Below are positions 1-21,085 of a DNA stretch of 64,000 nt, piece after piece. The position numbers and the translations under genes are program-made. Every line of letters begins with the position of its first letter. Position 1 is the stretch's first letter. Under the pieces are notes generated by a model. The model was given only the letters and a program-made list of their open reading frames with translations, did no database searches and was not told the DNA's origin. The stretch lies in the NCBI RefSeq assembly GCF_009914755.1, contig NC_060929.1, one strand, 5' to 3'. The stretch is from the human T2T-CHM13v2.0 reference genome, Homo sapiens.

Positions 1-342
1 GCCTCCTCAAGTGGGTCCCTGACCTCTGACCCCCGAGCAGCCTAACTGGGAGGCACCCTCCAGTAGGGGCAGACTGACACCTCACACGGCCGGGTACTCC
101 TCTGAGACAAAACTTCCAGAGGAACGATCAGACAGCAGCATTCGCGATTCACGAAAATCTGTGGTTCTGCAGACACCACTGCTGATACCCAGGCAAACGG
201 GGACTGAAGTGGACCTCTAGCAAACTCCAACAGACCTGCAGCTGAGGGTCCTGTCTGTTAGAAGGAAAACTAACAAACAGAAAGGACATCCACATCTGTA
301 CATCACCATCATCAAAGACCAAAAGTAGATAAAATCACAAAG

Positions 343-1359
343 ATGGGGAAAAAACAGAGCAGAAAAACTGGAAACTCTAAAAAGCAGAGCACCTCTCCTC
401 CTCCAAAGGAAAGCAGCTCCTCACCAGCAACGGAACAAAGCTGGATGGAGAATGACTTTGACGAGTTGAGAGAAGAAGGCTTCAGACAATCAAACTACTC
501 CGAGCTACAGGAGGAAATTCGAACCAAAGGCAAAGAAGTTGAAAACTTCGAAAAAAATTTAGACGAATGTATAACTAGAATAACCAATACAGAGAAGTGC
601 TTAAAGGAGCTGATGGAGCTGAAAGCCAAGGCTCGAGAACTACATGAAGAATGCAGAAGCCTCAGGAGTCGATGCGATCAACTGGAAGAAAGGGTATCAG
701 TGACGGAAGATGAAATGAATGAAATGAAGCGAGAAGGGAAGTTTAGAGAAAAAAGAATAAAAAGAAACGAACAAAGCCTCCAAGAAATATGGGACTATGT
801 GAAAAGACCAAATCTACGTCTGATTGGTGTACCTGAAAGTGATGGGGAGAATGGAACCAAGTTGGAAAACACTCTGCAGGATATTATCCAGGAGAACTTC
901 CCCAATCTAGCAAGGCAGGCCAACATTCAGATTCAGGAAATACAGAGAATGCCACAAAGATACTCCTCAAGAAGAGCAACTCCAAGACACATAATTGTCA
1001 GATTCACCAAAGTTGAAATGAAAGAAAAAACTTAAAGGGCAGCCAGAGAGAAAGGTCAGGTTACCCACAAAGGGAAGCCCATCAGACTAACAGCGGATCT
1101 CTCAGCAGAAACTCTACAAGCCAGAAGAGAGTGGGGGCCAATATTCAACATTCTTAAAGACAAGAATTTTCAACCCAGAATTTCATATCCAGCCAAACTA
1201 AGCTTCATAAGTGAAGGAGAAATAAAATACTTTACAGACAAGCAAATGATGAGAGATTTTGTCGCCACCAGGCCTGCCCTAAAAGAGCTCCTGAAAGAAG
1301 CACTAAACATGGAAAGGCACAACCGGTACCAGCCGCTGCAAAATCATGCCAAAATGTAA
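343..1359 (+). pseudogene. L1 ORF1p, disrupted by an in-frame premature stop at 1033-1035
   Basis: MGKKQSRKTGNSK... matches ORF1p. TAA at 1033-1035 replaces the usual ...KEKMLRA; the frame continues to the normal TAA at 1357-1359 (338 codons). Confidence 0.95.
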
Positions 1360-1407
1360 AGACCATCGAGACTAGGAAGAAACTGCATCAACTAACGAGC
1401 AAAATAA

Positions 1408-5242
<3,835 letters not shown>

Positions 5243-5477
5243 ACAATGAGAACACATGGACACAGGAAGGGGAACATCACACTCTGGGGACTGTTGTGGG
5301 GTGGGGGGAGGGGGGAGGGATAGCATTAGGAGATATACCTAATGCTAAATGACGAGTTAATGGGTGCAGCACACCAGCATGGCACATGTATACATATGTA
5401 ACTAACCTGCACATTGTGCACATGTACCCTAAAACTTAAAGTATAATAATAAGAAAAAAAAAGAAAAAAAGAAAAGA

Positions 5478-7400
5478 GCAAGACTTAAATGTAAGTGTTA
5501 AAACTACAGCACTTCTAGAAGAAAACATGGGTAGATCTTAGTGACACTGGGTTAGGCTAAAGTTTTTTTAATAGGACACAAAAAACACAAACTATAAAAT
5601 AAAAAAATTGGTAAATTAGACTTCACTGAAATTAGAAACTTGAGTTCTTCAACACACACTGCTGAGAAAAGGAAAAGGCAAGGCACAGACTGGGAGTAAA
5701 TATTTGCAAAACATATATTCAACAATGGACTTGTATCCAGAATATAGAACTCTTATAACTCAGTTTAAAAAACCAAATCAAAACAAACCAACAACAACAA
5801 AACCCAGTTAAAAAGTAGGGAAAAGATTTGTACAGACAGTTCACCAAAGATATATGGCTGGTAAACAAACACAATGAGAAAATGCAAATTAAAACCACAG
5901 TGAAGTACTGCTGTACATGTGCTAGAATGGCTAAAATGGGTAAGACTGACAATATGGCAAGGGTTGTCAAGGGATTGGAACTCTCCTAATTTGCTGGGGA
6001 GGATCCAAAATTGTTCAGTCACTTTGGAAAACAGTTGGGCATTGGCCAGGTGCAGTGGTTCATGCTTTTAATCCCAGCACTTTGGGAGGCTGAGGCAGGA
6101 GAACTGCTAGAGTCCAGGAGTTGGAGACCAGCCTGGGTAACATGGAGAAACCCCATCTCTACTTTAAAAAATAAAAAAAAATAAAAATAGTTTGGCAGCT
6201 TCTAGACAAATTAAACATACACTTATCCTATGACCTAATAATTTCACTCTTTGGCACTTAAGAAAAATGAAAACATATATTCACACAAAGAGTTATAGGC
6301 AAATGTTCATAGCACCTTTATTCACATAAGCCAAAACCCAAAAACAATCCAAATGTTCAAGTGGAGAATGAATAAACAAACATGTTCATACAACAGAATA
6401 CTACTCAACAATAAGAAGAAATAATATAAAGAAGAAACACAGATGAACCTCAATAGCATTATGCTAAATAAAAGAAGACAGACAGGAAAGACTGTAATGT
6501 AAGACTCCAATTACATACACTTCTAGAAAAGGCAAAATTCTAGTGATAGAAAGCATATCAGTCTAGTCAGGGGCCGGGAGGTTGGGGGAAGAAACTGACT
6601 GCAATGGGGCATGAGGATTCTCTAGGGGGACAGAAATGTTGTGTATCATGATTATGGTGGTGGCTATGTGATTACACACTTGTCAAACATCACAGAATTC
6701 TACACTTAAAATTGGTAAGCTTTATTATATATAAATTATATATTGGTAAAGCTAGCCAAATAAAGGGAAAAATAAAAGTATAATGAGATACCATTTCACA
6801 ACCATCAGTCTGGAAAAATTTTAGAGTCCAAAAGTACTAAGAGCTGACAAGGAACTGGAGCTACAGGTAGTTTACTCTTACATATTACTACTAGGAGCAA
6901 AGACTGCTAAATCATTTTGGAGTGCTAAGGATGTACACAACTTATGACTGGCAATTTTACTTCTAGTTATATAGAAAAGTCCTTACACTTGTGCCTTAGG
7001 AAACACATACAAGATTGCTTCCAGCAGCTATATTTTTTCAAAAGCAAAGAAAATGAAAACAACCTAAATGTTCATTAAGAGAAGACGGAATAAGTAAACT
7101 GTGGTGAGTCATACAGGAATCAACTGTGTATCAGAAACATAATGCTGATAGAGTAAAGTTGTAGCAGGATATATACAGTATGTTTTCATTTGCTTAAAAG
7201 TGAAAAATGTTATTTGTTTGTGGCTGCATACATATGTGGAGAAGTATAAAGACATGTATGGATGCTAATAAACACTGAATTCAGGATTGTGATTATTATC
7301 TCTAGCGGGCAGAGAGGAAGATAAAGTAGGGGGAGGGCTTAAACTGTTTTGGCTGTTTCATTTCTTAAACTGGGTGATAAGTACATGAATATACATATTT
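5478..7400 (+). mobile_element. Old L1M-type 3' fragments into which the L1PA3 inserted
   Basis: Degenerate ORF2-end/3'UTR motifs (AGACTTAAATGTAAG...AAAACTA...CTAGAAGAAAACAT; ATATTTGCAAAACATATAT; CAAATGTTCATAGCA). Boundaries approximate. Confidence 0.7.
6044..6190 (+). mobile_element. Free left Alu monomer (FLAM-like)
   Basis: GGCCAGGTGCAGTGG...single arm then A-tail; degenerate TSD AAAACAGTTGGGCA/AAAATAGTTTGGCA. Confidence 0.8.
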
Positions 7401-9377
7401 CATATAAAATCACTTTTTTCAAAACAAAAAGGACGCAATTACCTTGCTGAAGGTGACATTGTATCCTCTTGCAAGAAATGGCAGAAATAACACTTTAGTA
7501 TAATATTATTTTAGAAGTTGCCTCACTTAAGGCAATCATGAAAAATAATTATGTGAAAGAAATGTTTCAGCTGTAATATTTTTAAACGTCTGAATATTTT
7601 ATCTAATTGCTTCTTTTGAACTGGTAATTTATTCTAAGTAGCAATTTGGGAGACATAATAATCTCATTGTAAGTTTTTCTCCGTACATTACAGACAAGTA
7701 CTTATAAATAAACAAATAGTTCTAACTTAAGTGGTTTCAGGGCTTCTGAGATACCAATGACATCAAGGAGGAAATGAAATTATCTGTACGCTTTAAGAGC
7801 TCCTGGTATTCAATTATCCCTGTTGAGATACCCTAGAGGAGATACAGTTCTAGAAGCCAGCATAAGTTTATAGTTCTGAAATATAAATTCTCCAATCTTC
7901 ATGACTCATAAACCAAAAAGCATAAAACACTCACTAACAGAGTAACAAACTGAGAAATCTACTTGGATTTCCGGGCTGTTTCTTTTACTTGATAAAAAGA
8001 CACAAAATACAAACATGAAAAAACAATACTTTAGTTCACTGAGGCCTACATTATGCCACTTTGAGGTTGCTTTTTAACATTTAACTTACTTTCTTTAACT
8101 TATCTCCTATACTGACACTAAAACATATACACATAAATACTTACTGGCAATTTTCAAAGATGTTACAGAATCTTTCTATTTTCAGTCACACTTCAGGTAA
8201 ATAGCTACCCACCAATGAGCATTTTTAAGGAACTAAGATATACTTATTTAACTTTCTGTTTTTGAAAAGAGTATGTATTTTATCAACTCAATGTACAAAG
8301 TCAGAAAAACCATCAACAGCTCAAAGCATTCTAAACCAAAGAGCAAATTCAATAGAATCAAGGATTAAATTTTTAAGAACATAGTTGAATCTAAAGAACT
8401 TCACCCATATTTACTTCCAAATTGTGTAAGAATCTATAGAAAGGTTTTAGCCAGTCTGCTTCATTTTAGTTATGTCAAATGACATATAATGAATTTGTTA
8501 TGAGCTTCCTCATTTATTAGTCAATAAGCTGTACTTTTTATGAAAATCCCAAAATGAGAATTTTTACAAGTTTAAAATGTTTTTAGAAAATTAAACAATG
8601 AAACCTCAGAAAAAAAAATACGGAGTTAGTGATGCTACTACTTATATAAAGCATAAATAGCAACTCAAGATTTTATTAATTTTTTTTAAACTTTGGATCA
8701 CTTAAATCAAAAGCAACTCAAGATTTTGAACTGACTGTACAGAGAATGTTTCCACTCTATGATGTTAACCATGAAATACAGAATTTGCAAAAATAAAGTT
8801 TCGTGATAAAATTAAGTGTAATCTGTTCTAAAACACTCAAACACTCAAATGATGGAGGTATATAATGCCTTAGGTGGTCTTAAATCCAAACATACCAATT
8901 TTTCTCTTTCACTGATAAACATTTTATATATATATGTAAAAGTTTTTGAGCACATGTTTGAATGCTCCAGGACAGACATTTGGACATTGAATTACTGGGC
9001 AGAAGGATATAAGCAATTTAAAATTTTAATAAATGTTTTAAAATTGGTCTCCAAGATAGACTACCATAGTGTATGAGAGAACTATTCTCCTATGTTCTAG
9101 CCAACACCTGATACAACCAGATTAAACATGTTGTACCAAATAGAAGGAAGCTTTAATTTGCATTTACATGACTACTAGGGAAGTCGAATACATCTTTTTG
9201 CATATTCATTGACCATTTTTATTTCTACTATGAGAATTGCTGCTCATATCCTTTGCCTGTTTTTCTACTAAGTCTTTTTCTTATTGACTTATAAGCGTTC
9301 CTCATTTCTGAGTATTCATCTTTAGCCTGTTATATAAGACCCAACTATTTTTCTTAGTTTGTCATTTTTATCTTTAA

Positions 9378-9674
<297 letters not shown>

Positions 9675-9983
9675 TTATCTTTTAGTTTTATCCATGATGT
9701 CTTAACATGAATGTTTATTTTTCATGAAGAGCATTAATATTTTGATTCCAAGAAAGTACCAGATTTATAAAAGCTATTTTATCAAGTCTAAGAAAACTAA
9801 ATATTATCCCATCTCAGATAAAACACTAAGGTCTACAAATGTGAACATATGGGAACACAGAAGAGTTAATGACAAAATATTCTGAATTTAGCTCCTATCG
9901 CCCCAACGGGTTACAGAAATAATAATCTATGGGCAATTATAGCACTGTCAATTGTACAAAATTTCATATTGAAGTCCATCTCA

Positions 9984-10283
<300 letters not shown>

Positions 10284-11069
10284 TTACCAACTTTGCTTTA
10301 ACAGTTCAAGAGTACTATATGTTCATTAGTTTAAAAAATATGCAGTTATCGCCAAAGTAAGAATTAGAGCCCAACCCAATCCTACTCCACAGAGAGAACC
10401 ATTGTTAACAGATGGAGTTTATGATTCCAGACTCTTTTTATGCTTATATTGATCACAAAGATTTCTGAGGAAGAGAACTGTCACAGCTTATGCCTTTAGA
10501 GAGGACAGACCAACTGTGCCATAGAAAACTTAGAGTCAACAATACAAGAAGCTGTGAAACTGGATTTGGAAAATAACCGACTGCTGTGCCAGAGAGCTTC
10601 AACAGAAAGCAAACAATGCTATCAAACTGGAATGGTTCAGAAGCAGCATATTTTCAGGGCTTTCTGTTCTCTCCTTAAATGCTACTTTTCCTAGTGCTCA
10701 GCCAACATTTCTCCTTTAGGAGGTCCCTATGTCTTCTTGCTTTTAACTCTCCCACCAGCACAGATTATCAAGATTTCACCTGCAGTCCTGTACCTGCTTG
10801 AAGTTCTGTTCTATAATATAACTTGCATTATCTGTTATAGTCTGCCATCTGGATACTATCAAAAGAAGATAATAATAGTACTCACCTTACAAGGAAGCTT
10901 TGAGGATTAAATGATAAAAATTAATTTGTGGAAAGTATACAAAACAGTATCTGGTTATCAGGGGTTACTTCTCAGGGCAGGAAAGACAAATAATAGTGGT
11001 TCACATCCATAAAGGTATGGGGGTATGACTAACAGCAAAAGGACTTTCACTTCAAGCTAAAAACTAAAC

Positions 11070-12848
<1,779 letters not shown>

Positions 12849-12926
12849 CATGTGTCTTTTTAACTAGCTATTTTAGAGAACAGTCAAGGAAAATAGGAAG
12901 AAAAAAAAAATCAGTCCAGGTCTTAC

Positions 12927-12997
12927 CTATTCTTTTTTAGTTTGGCTTCAGCCGATGGCATATTTTCTAAACAACTGGGACAATAATGGGAGTCCAC
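12927..12997 (-). CDS. DCTN4: DCTN4 coding exon 2 (71 nt)
   Basis: Polypyrimidine tract and tag|GTG GAC TCC CAT TAT TGT CCC AGT TGT... = [25 protein letters not shown]|gtaaga. Joins exons 1 and 3 in frame. Too short for the ORF track. Confidence 0.95.
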
Positions 12998-15229
12998 CTA
13001 GGAGGAAACAAGAAAGAAAAAAAAAACCAGAGGAGAACTCAGTTTAACTTGTGTATATGTCTTGTCAAATAGTGAATTTTAAAATATGTTATACTGTAGC
13101 AGAAAGTAGACTGTTTTCTGCTTAGGGTTTATTCTTCTTCAGTCACCTGTTTTTTTTTTTTTCTTCTTCTTCCGGATTTAAAAAATCCTTCTATTTTTCT
13201 GATCTTTCCTATTCCATCATCAGGGTTTTATGTGTTAAAAGTTGTTTATTTAACAATCTACAATTTCCAGTTGAACTCCATAGAATTCTATGATTAATAA
13301 AGAGATTAATAAAATAATCCAATTTGTAACATTGTGATAAAATATCCTCCTGTCTAGGCTAGCTTTATATGACTATAAAACTTGACCATACTTTTAGGTT
13401 TTGAAGGACATTTTTTTAAAGATTTCTCATTATTGAAGTAATACAGGTTGACTGAAGGCAAGCATAAATATTTATTTACATAGTCAGCTATGGCCAACCA
13501 ATTAGAGATTTTTAAACAAATTAATGGGACAGTCTTATTGTACTTAAAAAACTGGAGTCTAAAATTTAAGTTCATTTTATTTTTTAAAAGTCTGAATAAT
13601 TATTTTCTTTAATGTAGGTCCTATTTGACAATTATAGAACTCTAGTCACCTGCAAATGAAAAGACAATCACTGGAACATAAATACTATGATAGAAACTGG
13701 CTTTTTTCATCATCTGCTATAAACAGGTCAATTTGAAAAGATTAATAAAGTTGTTGCTCAAATAATCTCCAGGAACATAAAATACAATATTGCTAACTAA
13801 CCTCTGCACTGACTCATCAAAAAAGGCAAAATACAAGTCATTCCTTTTTGCCCCCTTTCCAAATTCTGCTTGTCCGTTCATGTGCAGCTCCAGACCCAGA
13901 TTCTCCATTAGAACTTCACTGCCTGCCCCAGCCCTCAGAGCTTCATCTTTCCCTAAACTCTAATGGCCTCCATATCACAGGTACACATCAGGCTGTAAAA
14001 GATGCTGTCACAGACTGGATGTCCTAATTGAAGAGAGTCTTAGAGACAGATCATGGAGACTGAGCACTCTATTCACCACAGGAGAATATGATCCAATAAA
14101 TTCTGGAGGTGGAGCTGGAATAGGGAATCATCAAGGAGATACACATAAGGAAAGTGCTAATGGAGATGAGAAGAAAAATCGATGCCATATTTTTAATATA
14201 TACGATTTTTCTTGTATTATTTAATTGCTTTTCTTGACTATTCCTATTATGAAAAGTATCTTCAATAAAATAAGTTATTAATAACACATAAAATGGCTTA
14301 TAGTATGTGTTTTCATATGCATTTATTTTAACAGTCCCGGGATCTTCAGTAAAAAACACTCTGAGTTAGGCTGTTTAGATTCAAATCCAGGTCCTCCTTC
14401 CCACCCCCAAATTACTGGCTGTGTGACTTACAGCGAACACTCTGTATCTGTTTCTTTACCTGTAAAAAAAATTTTTTAAAAAAAGTATCCACTTAAATTG
14501 GTTTGAAGATTACATAAAGCACATGACATATAGCAAGTATCGAATAAGCAGCAACTATTACTACTATCAGCTTTTTCTTCACTAAGACTATGGCTTATTA
14601 AACAGCGCATTTTATGTCTTACTCGCCTTTTAATCCCTAAAGCTTACTGAATAAACAAGATGTGCCAAGCGCTGCAGAAGTTTTGGGGTTTTGTTATTTG
14701 GTGACTTTTTACTGGCCGGGGTCTTCTTTTTGAAAAATCCAACTTCGGACGCCCACTTGTGCCAGGGAAGGACAGCATTGTCCTCTAGCTCCATAAATAC
14801 ACTTTCAGCTTCTTACATGACATACTGTATTCTGAGCGCTTTTCACATAACTCACGCCGCCCCAACCTCTTCCCGGCTGCAGGCCTTGGCCTGAGTCAGG
14901 AACAGGGCAAGGCAGTCTGACGAGGGCCCAGTTTCTGGACAAAAGAGGAACAGAACTTTCAGGATGGGAGAACTATGAATGAGAACGCCTGCGCCTCCCT
15001 CCATCCTCGCAATAAATCCTGGAAAGGCAGTTTTTCGCCCCTTAAGTGGCCTGAACTAAGCACCCCCAGACCTTTCTCCGTAGTCCACCCAATTACCAAG
15101 CCCCATCGCAGACAGACACGGTCCCTAAGTCAAGTTTGTCCAATCAGAGGCCGCTCTAGAACCAGAAGATCCGCTCAGTCCCACCCGAGGCTGCTCCTCC
15201 TTTCCAAGTGACAGATTAGAAGCAAATTA

Positions 15230-15760
<531 letters not shown>

Positions 15761-16134
15761 AGCTCCTTTTATTCTTTTCTTCCAGAATGGAAGCCTGATC
15801 TTTTGTCTTATTTACGACGGCCTCCTCTGCCCCACTTAACAGGCGAGCATCCAGGAGACAAATGGAAGGTCTCAAAGGGACAGGGCTCCGTGGGGACTGC
15901 AAGACAGGAGTCACACCAGCACTGTCTTCTGAGTCTTGCCAATGGCCTTTGGGAACTTTCACATACATTATCTCATTTGAAACGCAGGTTTTTGAGTACA
16001 TAGTTAGCGTTAGGTCTAAGTCTGTATTGTGGACCTTCAATAAGTATGAAAAGGAGGGAATGAAATCAATGAATGAACAATGTTGGTAGGCGTCTACGTT
16101 TTTCTAATGTGTAAACTAAGGCTCAGGTCTGCCT

Positions 16135-16552
16135 CTTGGGTGAGCAGCGACTACGTGAGACTGGTATTACATGGGTGGGAAAATAATTTATCAACAGTTT
16201 TAGGTAAAGAAATGCAGATTTATTAGAGAAGGTATGAAAATACGTTGAAAGGTTGCAATGGGCAGACCAGCCAGAGAGGAGCTGACTTCAAGGAAACAAA
16301 GGCTTGCTGGAGATTTTATCCGATGGTTCTTGGGCTGCAGAGTGCTGTGCAGTACCGAGAACTCCAAGGTTACAGGGAGCTAACTTGCATGTGTCTCGTG
16401 ATAGCTGAGTGCAGGAAGATTGTGAGTTATTTGCACAGGAGGGCTACGTGTCCTGCACCATGAAGAAAGGCAGACTTAGAGTGCATCTGCTCTTCTTGCT
16501 ATCCCTTGGTCCCACTAGCCTGACTCCCTTTCTCTAACTGGGACTCCCCAGT
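16135..16552. mobile_element. Probable ERV-type solo LTR (family not resolved)
   Basis: TG...CA bounded ~420-bp block with LTR-like GCAGATTTATTAGAGAA (AATAAA on the minus strand). Confidence 0.45.
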
Positions 16553-16699
16553 ATGTAAAATGACCACCTAGAACTGCCTAGCAGAAACTGGAGCCTCTGT
16601 TGCCTGCCACCAGGTCTACATTTTTATAATTGTAGTAGTGTTGTATTATTACCTGTCTGACGTTAGAGTTGGTGATTGAGAAGAAAGGGAACTGAATAC

Positions 16700-16915
16700 T
16701 ATTAGCAAACATTTATTGAGCACTTATTAAGTGCAGCACACTGTGTCAAAACTTTACATACATTGTCTAATTTAATTCTTACAACAGCTCCAAAAAGCAT
16801 GTGGCTATCATTATTTCTATTTTACAGAGCAGGAAACTGAGGCACAGGGAAGTGCAGTGACTCCTCTATAAGGTTTCATAGATGGAGGTAGAACCCTTTT
16901 CTCTCTGACTCTAGT
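16700..16915. mobile_element. MIR
   Basis: CATTTATTGAGCACTTA...TTTTACAGA..AGGAAACTGAGGCACAG core. Confidence 0.75.
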
Positions 16916-18487
16916 GCTTGCAGGTATAACCCCTATGTATACTCCCTCCAGCATATTTTCTAATATGGTGATGTTAATAATACCTTACATTTATATAGAC
17001 CTTTTCAGCTTATACAGTGCTAATCTCACAATTTATGTCACGCTTTACCAATTGAGCCTAAAAGTCATTACTTGTTCACCAAGCAATAGCCTGGCACTAA
17101 TTTAGTTTCATAGGTGACATCTGCTCCTAGGAGAGAATATATTACTAGCCAACTCATTTGCAATTATTTCTTTAGGTTAATGAATTCGTTGGTTTTCTGG
17201 TTTATAAACTAGTCTCTACTGAGTTTAAATTCCCTTTTCTGGACTATGCTGTTAAAATGAAGTCCCAGAGCCTGCAGGTACAGAAAGGCTGGAGACTTGA
17301 GCTGAATCCACATAAAACAGACACTTTTTAGAGCACTGATTTTAAATAATTAAGTGGCCAATTATCTTGTCCCTGCTACATGCCAGGTACTGGGGAGGGA
17401 ACTAGCGATAAATGAGATACTTTCCATCCTCAAAGGCTCAGGGTTCTAGCAGGATCGAGTCCTAGTTATGCACAATGGTGACCAGCTTGATAATGTAGCC
17501 TTGTGTTGCTTTTTCACTCTACCCAGCCCTGGACTCACCCTCATTCACTTCTCAATCCTGGCTTCCTGCCTGCAGAATCTCATTTTGAGCTCTGCTTTCT
17601 AGGGGGAACTCAGGCTAATACAGAGACCCTAAAGTTGAACTGGCAGATCAAAGGATATCCACATTTAATAAATACTGGCAATAAGCCCTTGTGAAATTCT
17701 AGGCCAATTTACACTCTCACTATAAGTGTATGAGCTATCCATTTCCCACTGTTTTGCCCACCTGGCATATTATCAAATTTGAGTGGATACTTTTGGCACT
17801 TTCTAGCTATGTGATCTTGAAAAAGACATTTACACCTCAGAGTCTTGTTTCAAGACACATAGAATGAGAAGAATAATCCCTGCCTTGGTGAAAATAAAAA
17901 ATCATCCAGGCTGTGAAAGCATTTTGTAAGGTATGAAGTACTAAGCACATGGAAGAAATGCTCCCTAAATATCCCAAGTATGAAAAACCCAAAGTGGTTT
18001 TCATTTTTATAAAGAGTCCTTCAGAGTAAATCCACAATAATAATGGAAAAAACTGGAAGTTAGTCAGACTTTGGTCAAATGAGGTCTTGTGAAGGGGACC
18101 GAATCTGGGCTCTGACCTCAAAGACTTAGGGTTTTCTACAGCTTAGGAATCTGGGGAACTGCTCTCACCAATGCTGGCCACCTGCCCTGGCTGCCTTCCC
18201 CACTTTTGCTTTCCTACTTGAAAACTATATTAATTATAGGGTTTCCTGTGTTGAATCTATTTACAGGCTAATCTAAAAGTCATAGTAAGTGAATAGAGGA
18301 GGAAGAAAAAAGAAGTCCCTGTTTCATCAATATCCATGCTAGCCCCTGTGGGGGCCCTTACTGCCCAGGAAATGTGGTGGTGGCAGGGCTAAAGCTAATT
18401 TCCCAAGTGTAAACATGGCAAAAGACTGCTGGCCTGCCTTTATTCTGGGAAATCTTTTGAATTGTTTTTGCTTTTGAATTGAACTGA

Positions 18488-18806
<319 letters not shown>

Positions 18807-19009
18807 ACTAAAACCACTTTTTATGAGAAGTGCACAGATGGGCCTACAGAAGATTCAGAAGCCTGACTAAAATTTGGCCAAACAGAGACTGTTTCTCACC
18901 CTCCCTCTTGCACAATTCACCACCCAACCCCGAGGCTTGCTTCTAGGAGAGCACCAGTGTATTGCTCACTGAATTGAGCAAAGTGGAATTAAAGACTGAA
19001 TTCCTGCCT

Positions 19010-19745
19010 AACTCAGTGCCTGGCACAGAGCAAGCCCTCGGTTAGTATTTGTCGAGTGGATGAACACTATTTTAAACCATCTGGAACTTGCTGCCATATG
19101 GAAGCTGGCAACTAAAAAAATTTTTTTTTTCTTTTTCACCTTTAAGCAGTTGCTTCTTTTAGAAGGCAGAACAAGAAATAGGGGGAGAGGGGAGGATTGC
19201 AATTCTGGATTGTGTGGTCAGGGTAACCCTCCTGAAAAGGTAAGGTTTGAGCAAAGATTTGAAGGAGGTAGAGCGAGAGCCCAGTGGATATCTGGGGAAA
19301 GAGCCTTCCAGAAGGAGCTAAACAAGGTCTCTAAGGCGTATGTGAGGAGCAGCAAGACCTGTGTCATTGTTAGGGAGTGAGCACGGGGGAGGGGTTTGGG
19401 GGATGATGTCCCAGAGTTAATGGGGGCTGGGGGTGCACTCATGTAGGATCTCAAAGGGCATTTAAAGGATGTTGAATTTTTCTCTGAAGGGAATGTGGAA
19501 CCATTGCAGGATTTCAAGCAGAGCAGTGATGTGATCTAACCCACATTTTACAAGGGTCATTCCTGACATCGTTTTGGAAATGGACTGTAGAGAGACAAGG
19601 ATAGAATCAGGGCTCAGTTAGCAAATTCCAATGGTGATCCAAGCAAAAGAAGATAGTGCCATAGAGCACGGATTCTGGCTGTATTTTGAAGATAGAGCCT
19701 ATGGGATTTCCTCATGCCCATAGACTGCCATGTGGGAGGGGATGG
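19010..19745. mobile_element. L2 fragments
   Basis: CAGTGCCTGGCACAGAG end motif; TTTGAGCAAAGATTTGAAGGAGG and GAACCATTGCAGGATTTCAAGCAG L2 body motifs. Confidence 0.6.
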
Positions 19746-20524
19746 CTTGAAGTTAGGCAACAGGGAGGCCCTGGTTGGGCCAGGGGACAGTTTGTTTTTC
19801 AGTTTGACCAAATTCAGCCACTGGGGGTTTATTTCCTCAGAAATTACCAAGACTATTTCTTCTCCCTGAGGTCAAAATAAAAACATCCAGGAAAGGACTA
19901 GACACTTTTATATTTAAGAAAAAGAAATGAAGCTAACTTGTTCAGTCTCTTATTTTGTTCCAACTCACAAAGCACGGTGATGACAACACAGGAAGGCATA
20001 TTTCACAAGAGGCCAGAAAAAGAGCCAATCAGTCAGTTGCTAAACACATTAATCAGATCTTCAGTGCTCCAGCTCAGGCTGAGGTGATGCTGGTGTGGGA
20101 GAGCCCAGCCCGTTTGGAATGGGGCCAAGGACTCTCCACAGTAGCTTCTCCCCTTGCTGTGAAGGTAAAATGCGTTAATACAAGTAAAGTGGGTAGAGGG
20201 CAGCACGCTGTCAGTAATATCAGTGGTATGTAAGTATTGGTTATTAGGCCACGGAGTATGGCCCAATCCCCTCATTAACAAGTGAGAAAACAGGTTCAGA
20301 GAGAGGAATTCATTTGTCTAAAGTTACACTGGCTCTCCAGCTTTACTTCTGAGCAGCACTAAGTTGGCTTCTTAAAAAAATTGTTTTGGACAATTGGGAT
20401 TTCCAGTGTTGCCCCTCTTACAATTTATTCCTGGGAAGTTCTTTTAGACTTTCAGCTGTCTCATCTGAGAGCCTTCCTGTCCTCACAGGGAAGTTTAATG
20501 GGAAATTTTGTTACTCTTGAGCAC

Positions 20525-20715
20525 TGGTGGAAGTGAGCCTCCAAGCTGGCCATCAGTGGCCACTGCCTTCTGGTGTTTCTACCCTTGTGTACCAGGGTTG
20601 GTCTGTGTGACCAACAGCATATGACAGAAGTGATGGGATGACACTTCCGAGACTAGATTATAAAAGACTGTGTCTTCTGTATTGGGCCCTCTCTTGCTGG
20701 AGCTCTCTCTGTCTG

Positions 20716-20756
<41 letters not shown>

Positions 20757-21085
20757 CTCTTGTATCATTTGTTTGGGAGAAGCAGGCTGCCATTTTGTGA
20801 GCAACCCCATAGCAAGGCCTGTGTGGCAGGAAACTGAAGCCTCTGGCCCACAGCTGTTGAGGACTAAGGCCTGCCAGCAACCAGCGAGTGAGCTCAGAGG
20901 TGGATTCTCCAGCTTCACTTGAGTATAGAGATCATTACAGACCCAGATGACAGCCTGACTGCAAACTTGTGAGAGACCCTGAGCTAGAACCACCCAGGTT
21001 AGCAACTCCTGGACTCTGACCCTCAGAAACTGTAAGATAAAAAATGTTTATTTTAAGCTGCTAAGTTTGGGGATACTTTGTTCTT
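20525..21085. mobile_element. MaLR LTR (MLT1-type) with internal (CA)n at ~20717-20750
   Basis: GGTCTGTGTGACCAA...CCAGATGACAGCCTGACTGCAA..TGAGAGACCCTGAGC...AGAAACTGT...TTTTAAGCTGCTAAGTTTGGGG. Confidence 0.75.
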
